NCBI GenBank assembly: GCA_000165345.1
Contig: CM000430.1
Span: 192,001 to 256,000, forward strand
Length of the DNA stretch: 64,000 nt
Direction of reading: 5' to 3'
Part shown: piece by piece, positions 62,843 through 64,000 of the stretch
Layout of the letters: every line of letters begins with the position of its first letter
Position numbering within the stretch: the first letter of the stretch is position 1
Translations under genes and position numbers: made by a program
Notes under the pieces: model-generated
What the model saw: the letters and a program-made list of their open reading frames with translations, nothing else
Databases searched by the model: none
Told to the model about the DNA's origin: nothing

Positions 62843-63850
62843 ATGTCTTCAGAAGCAGTAGATGTGAAATCTCCAAGACTATTCGCTTGTGGATATCCTG
62901 GTTGTCATGCATCGTTTAAAAGAAGGTCTCATTTGGAGCGTCATGCTCAAACTCATACCGGAATAAAGCTTTTTAAATGTCATGAATGTTCAAAAGCATT
63001 CGGAAGAAGTGACCACTTACGCCGTCATATGATGTTGGTACATAGCTCAATTGAAGAAAAAGCGAGTTATCCATGTTCATCCTGTAATAGTGTATTTATG
63101 AGTCCAACATCATTAAGAAGACATATTAAAAGGTCACATGACACACCATATATTTGTGAGGTTTGTGGTAATCTCTTTCCATCTGCCACTTCCCTTCAGA
63201 GGCATACTCTCAGGCAACATCTTACTGCTGAAATTCCATTTCCTAATCGTACAGAAGATAGCAATTCAAAGCAATGTTGGTATGTTTGCAGAGCTGATCC
63301 TATGTTATGCTCTGCGGCTTTTCTTTCGTACCCTGGCTTAGTAAGACACATTAAATCTAAGCACTGGTCCTCGTCTAATGAGCCACAACCACTCATTCTT
63401 AACCAGAATCAGTGTATAATAAATAATGAGAATTCGCAAAATCAATGCCTATACGCCTTGCCTAATGAGGCCAACGTAGGCCATAACGAAAATGATCCCT
63501 TATTGAATAATACAATTGGGGAAAATAAAGATAGTGATATTGATTGTTCATATAGGTGTCCATACCCTGATTGTGGAAGATTTTATAGCTCAAAGAGCAA
63601 TGTCAGAAAACACATACAAGTTTCACATTGTAACAGCAAACCTTACGAATGCCACTTATGCCCCAAAAAGTACGGCTACAGAACTCCTTATATTCGCCAT
63701 ATGAAAAACAGCCACCCTGAATTCCAAGACGAAAACATAATAAATGACCATTGTAGTGGAATTACCACAATGGACGAATCTCACAGCGATCTAACGATAC
63801 CCGGAACTCCTCACTACCCTCCACTATACGTTGATGCTATTCCTTTTTAA
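62843..63850 (+). CDS. C2H2 zinc-finger protein (at least 6 C2H2 fingers in two clusters)
   Basis: Repeated C-x2-4-C-x12-H-x3-5-H units: CGYPGCHASFKRRSHLERHAQTH, CHECSKAFGRSDHLRRHMMLVH, CSSCNSVFMSPTSLRRHIKRSH, CEVCGNLFPSATSLQRHTLRQH, CPYPDCGRFYSSKSNVRKHIQVSH, CHLCPKKYGYRTPYIRHMKNSH. Confidence 0.8.
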   Translation: MSSEAVDVKSPRLFACGYPGCHASFKRRSHLERHAQTHTGIKLFKCHECSKAFGRSDHLRRHMMLVHSSIEEKASYPCSSCNSVFMSPTSLRRHIKRSHDTPYICEVCGNLFPSATSLQRHTLRQHLTAEIPFPNRTEDSNSKQCWYVCRADPMLCSAAFLSYPGLVRHIKSKHWSSSNEPQPLILNQNQCIINNENSQNQCLYALPNEANVGHNENDPLLNNTIGENKDSDIDCSYRCPYPDCGRFYSSKSNVRKHIQVSHCNSKPYECHLCPKKYGYRTPYIRHMKNSHPEFQDENIINDHCSGITTMDESHSDLTIPGTPHYPPLYVDAIPF

Positions 63851-64000
63851 TTTGGCTCGGGGCCGCATAATCATATTAAATGGAAGTAAACTAATTCAAA
63901 TTATCAAATTTTATAGTATCAATAGCTTGAAGCTTTAATTTTTGTTTATTTAAGAGATTTTCTATTTTATACAAAAAAAATTATTAGAATAGGAAAACAT

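Overview
This is an AT-rich (~30% GC), very gene-dense eukaryotic nuclear segment with about 34 protein-coding genes in 64 kb on both strands. It uses the standard genetic code; long ORFs terminate normally, so a ciliate code is excluded. Spliceosomal introns are rare and short, with GTAAGT/GTAAGG donors and poly-pyrimidine-AG acceptors. The content is eukaryotic housekeeping: proteasome beta1, CCT8, BRE1, CCDC124/Lso2, RPB5, eS25, MCM2, a DEAD-box Dbp2-like helicase, Rpn9, Uba4/MOCS3, PGS1, syntaxin, QTRT2, a mitochondrial carrier, an MBOAT acyltransferase, and a C2H2 zinc-finger protein. There is also a calcium-dependent protein kinase with four EF hands (a plant/alveolate hallmark), a tandem pair of insulinase-like M16A proteases, and a large Thr/Ser/Asn-rich secreted mucin-like protein with a GPI-type C-terminal tail. 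Nearly every intergenic region carries palindromic GGCGCC / GGCGGGAA (E2F-like) motifs. Taken together this fits an apicomplexan with a compact genome, most plausibly Cryptosporidium or a close relative; that assignment is inference from sequence features, not a database match. I found no prokaryotic elements (CRISPR, IS elements, operons), no rRNA, and no convincing tRNA. The less ordinary features are three short introns that the ORF track does not show (one leaves the start codon as the entire first exon of CCT8), a GC-elevated ORF-free 1.1 kb block that may be a structured ncRNA, a possible G-box (SAS-4/CPAP-like) domain, and several lineage-specific secreted or membrane proteins.
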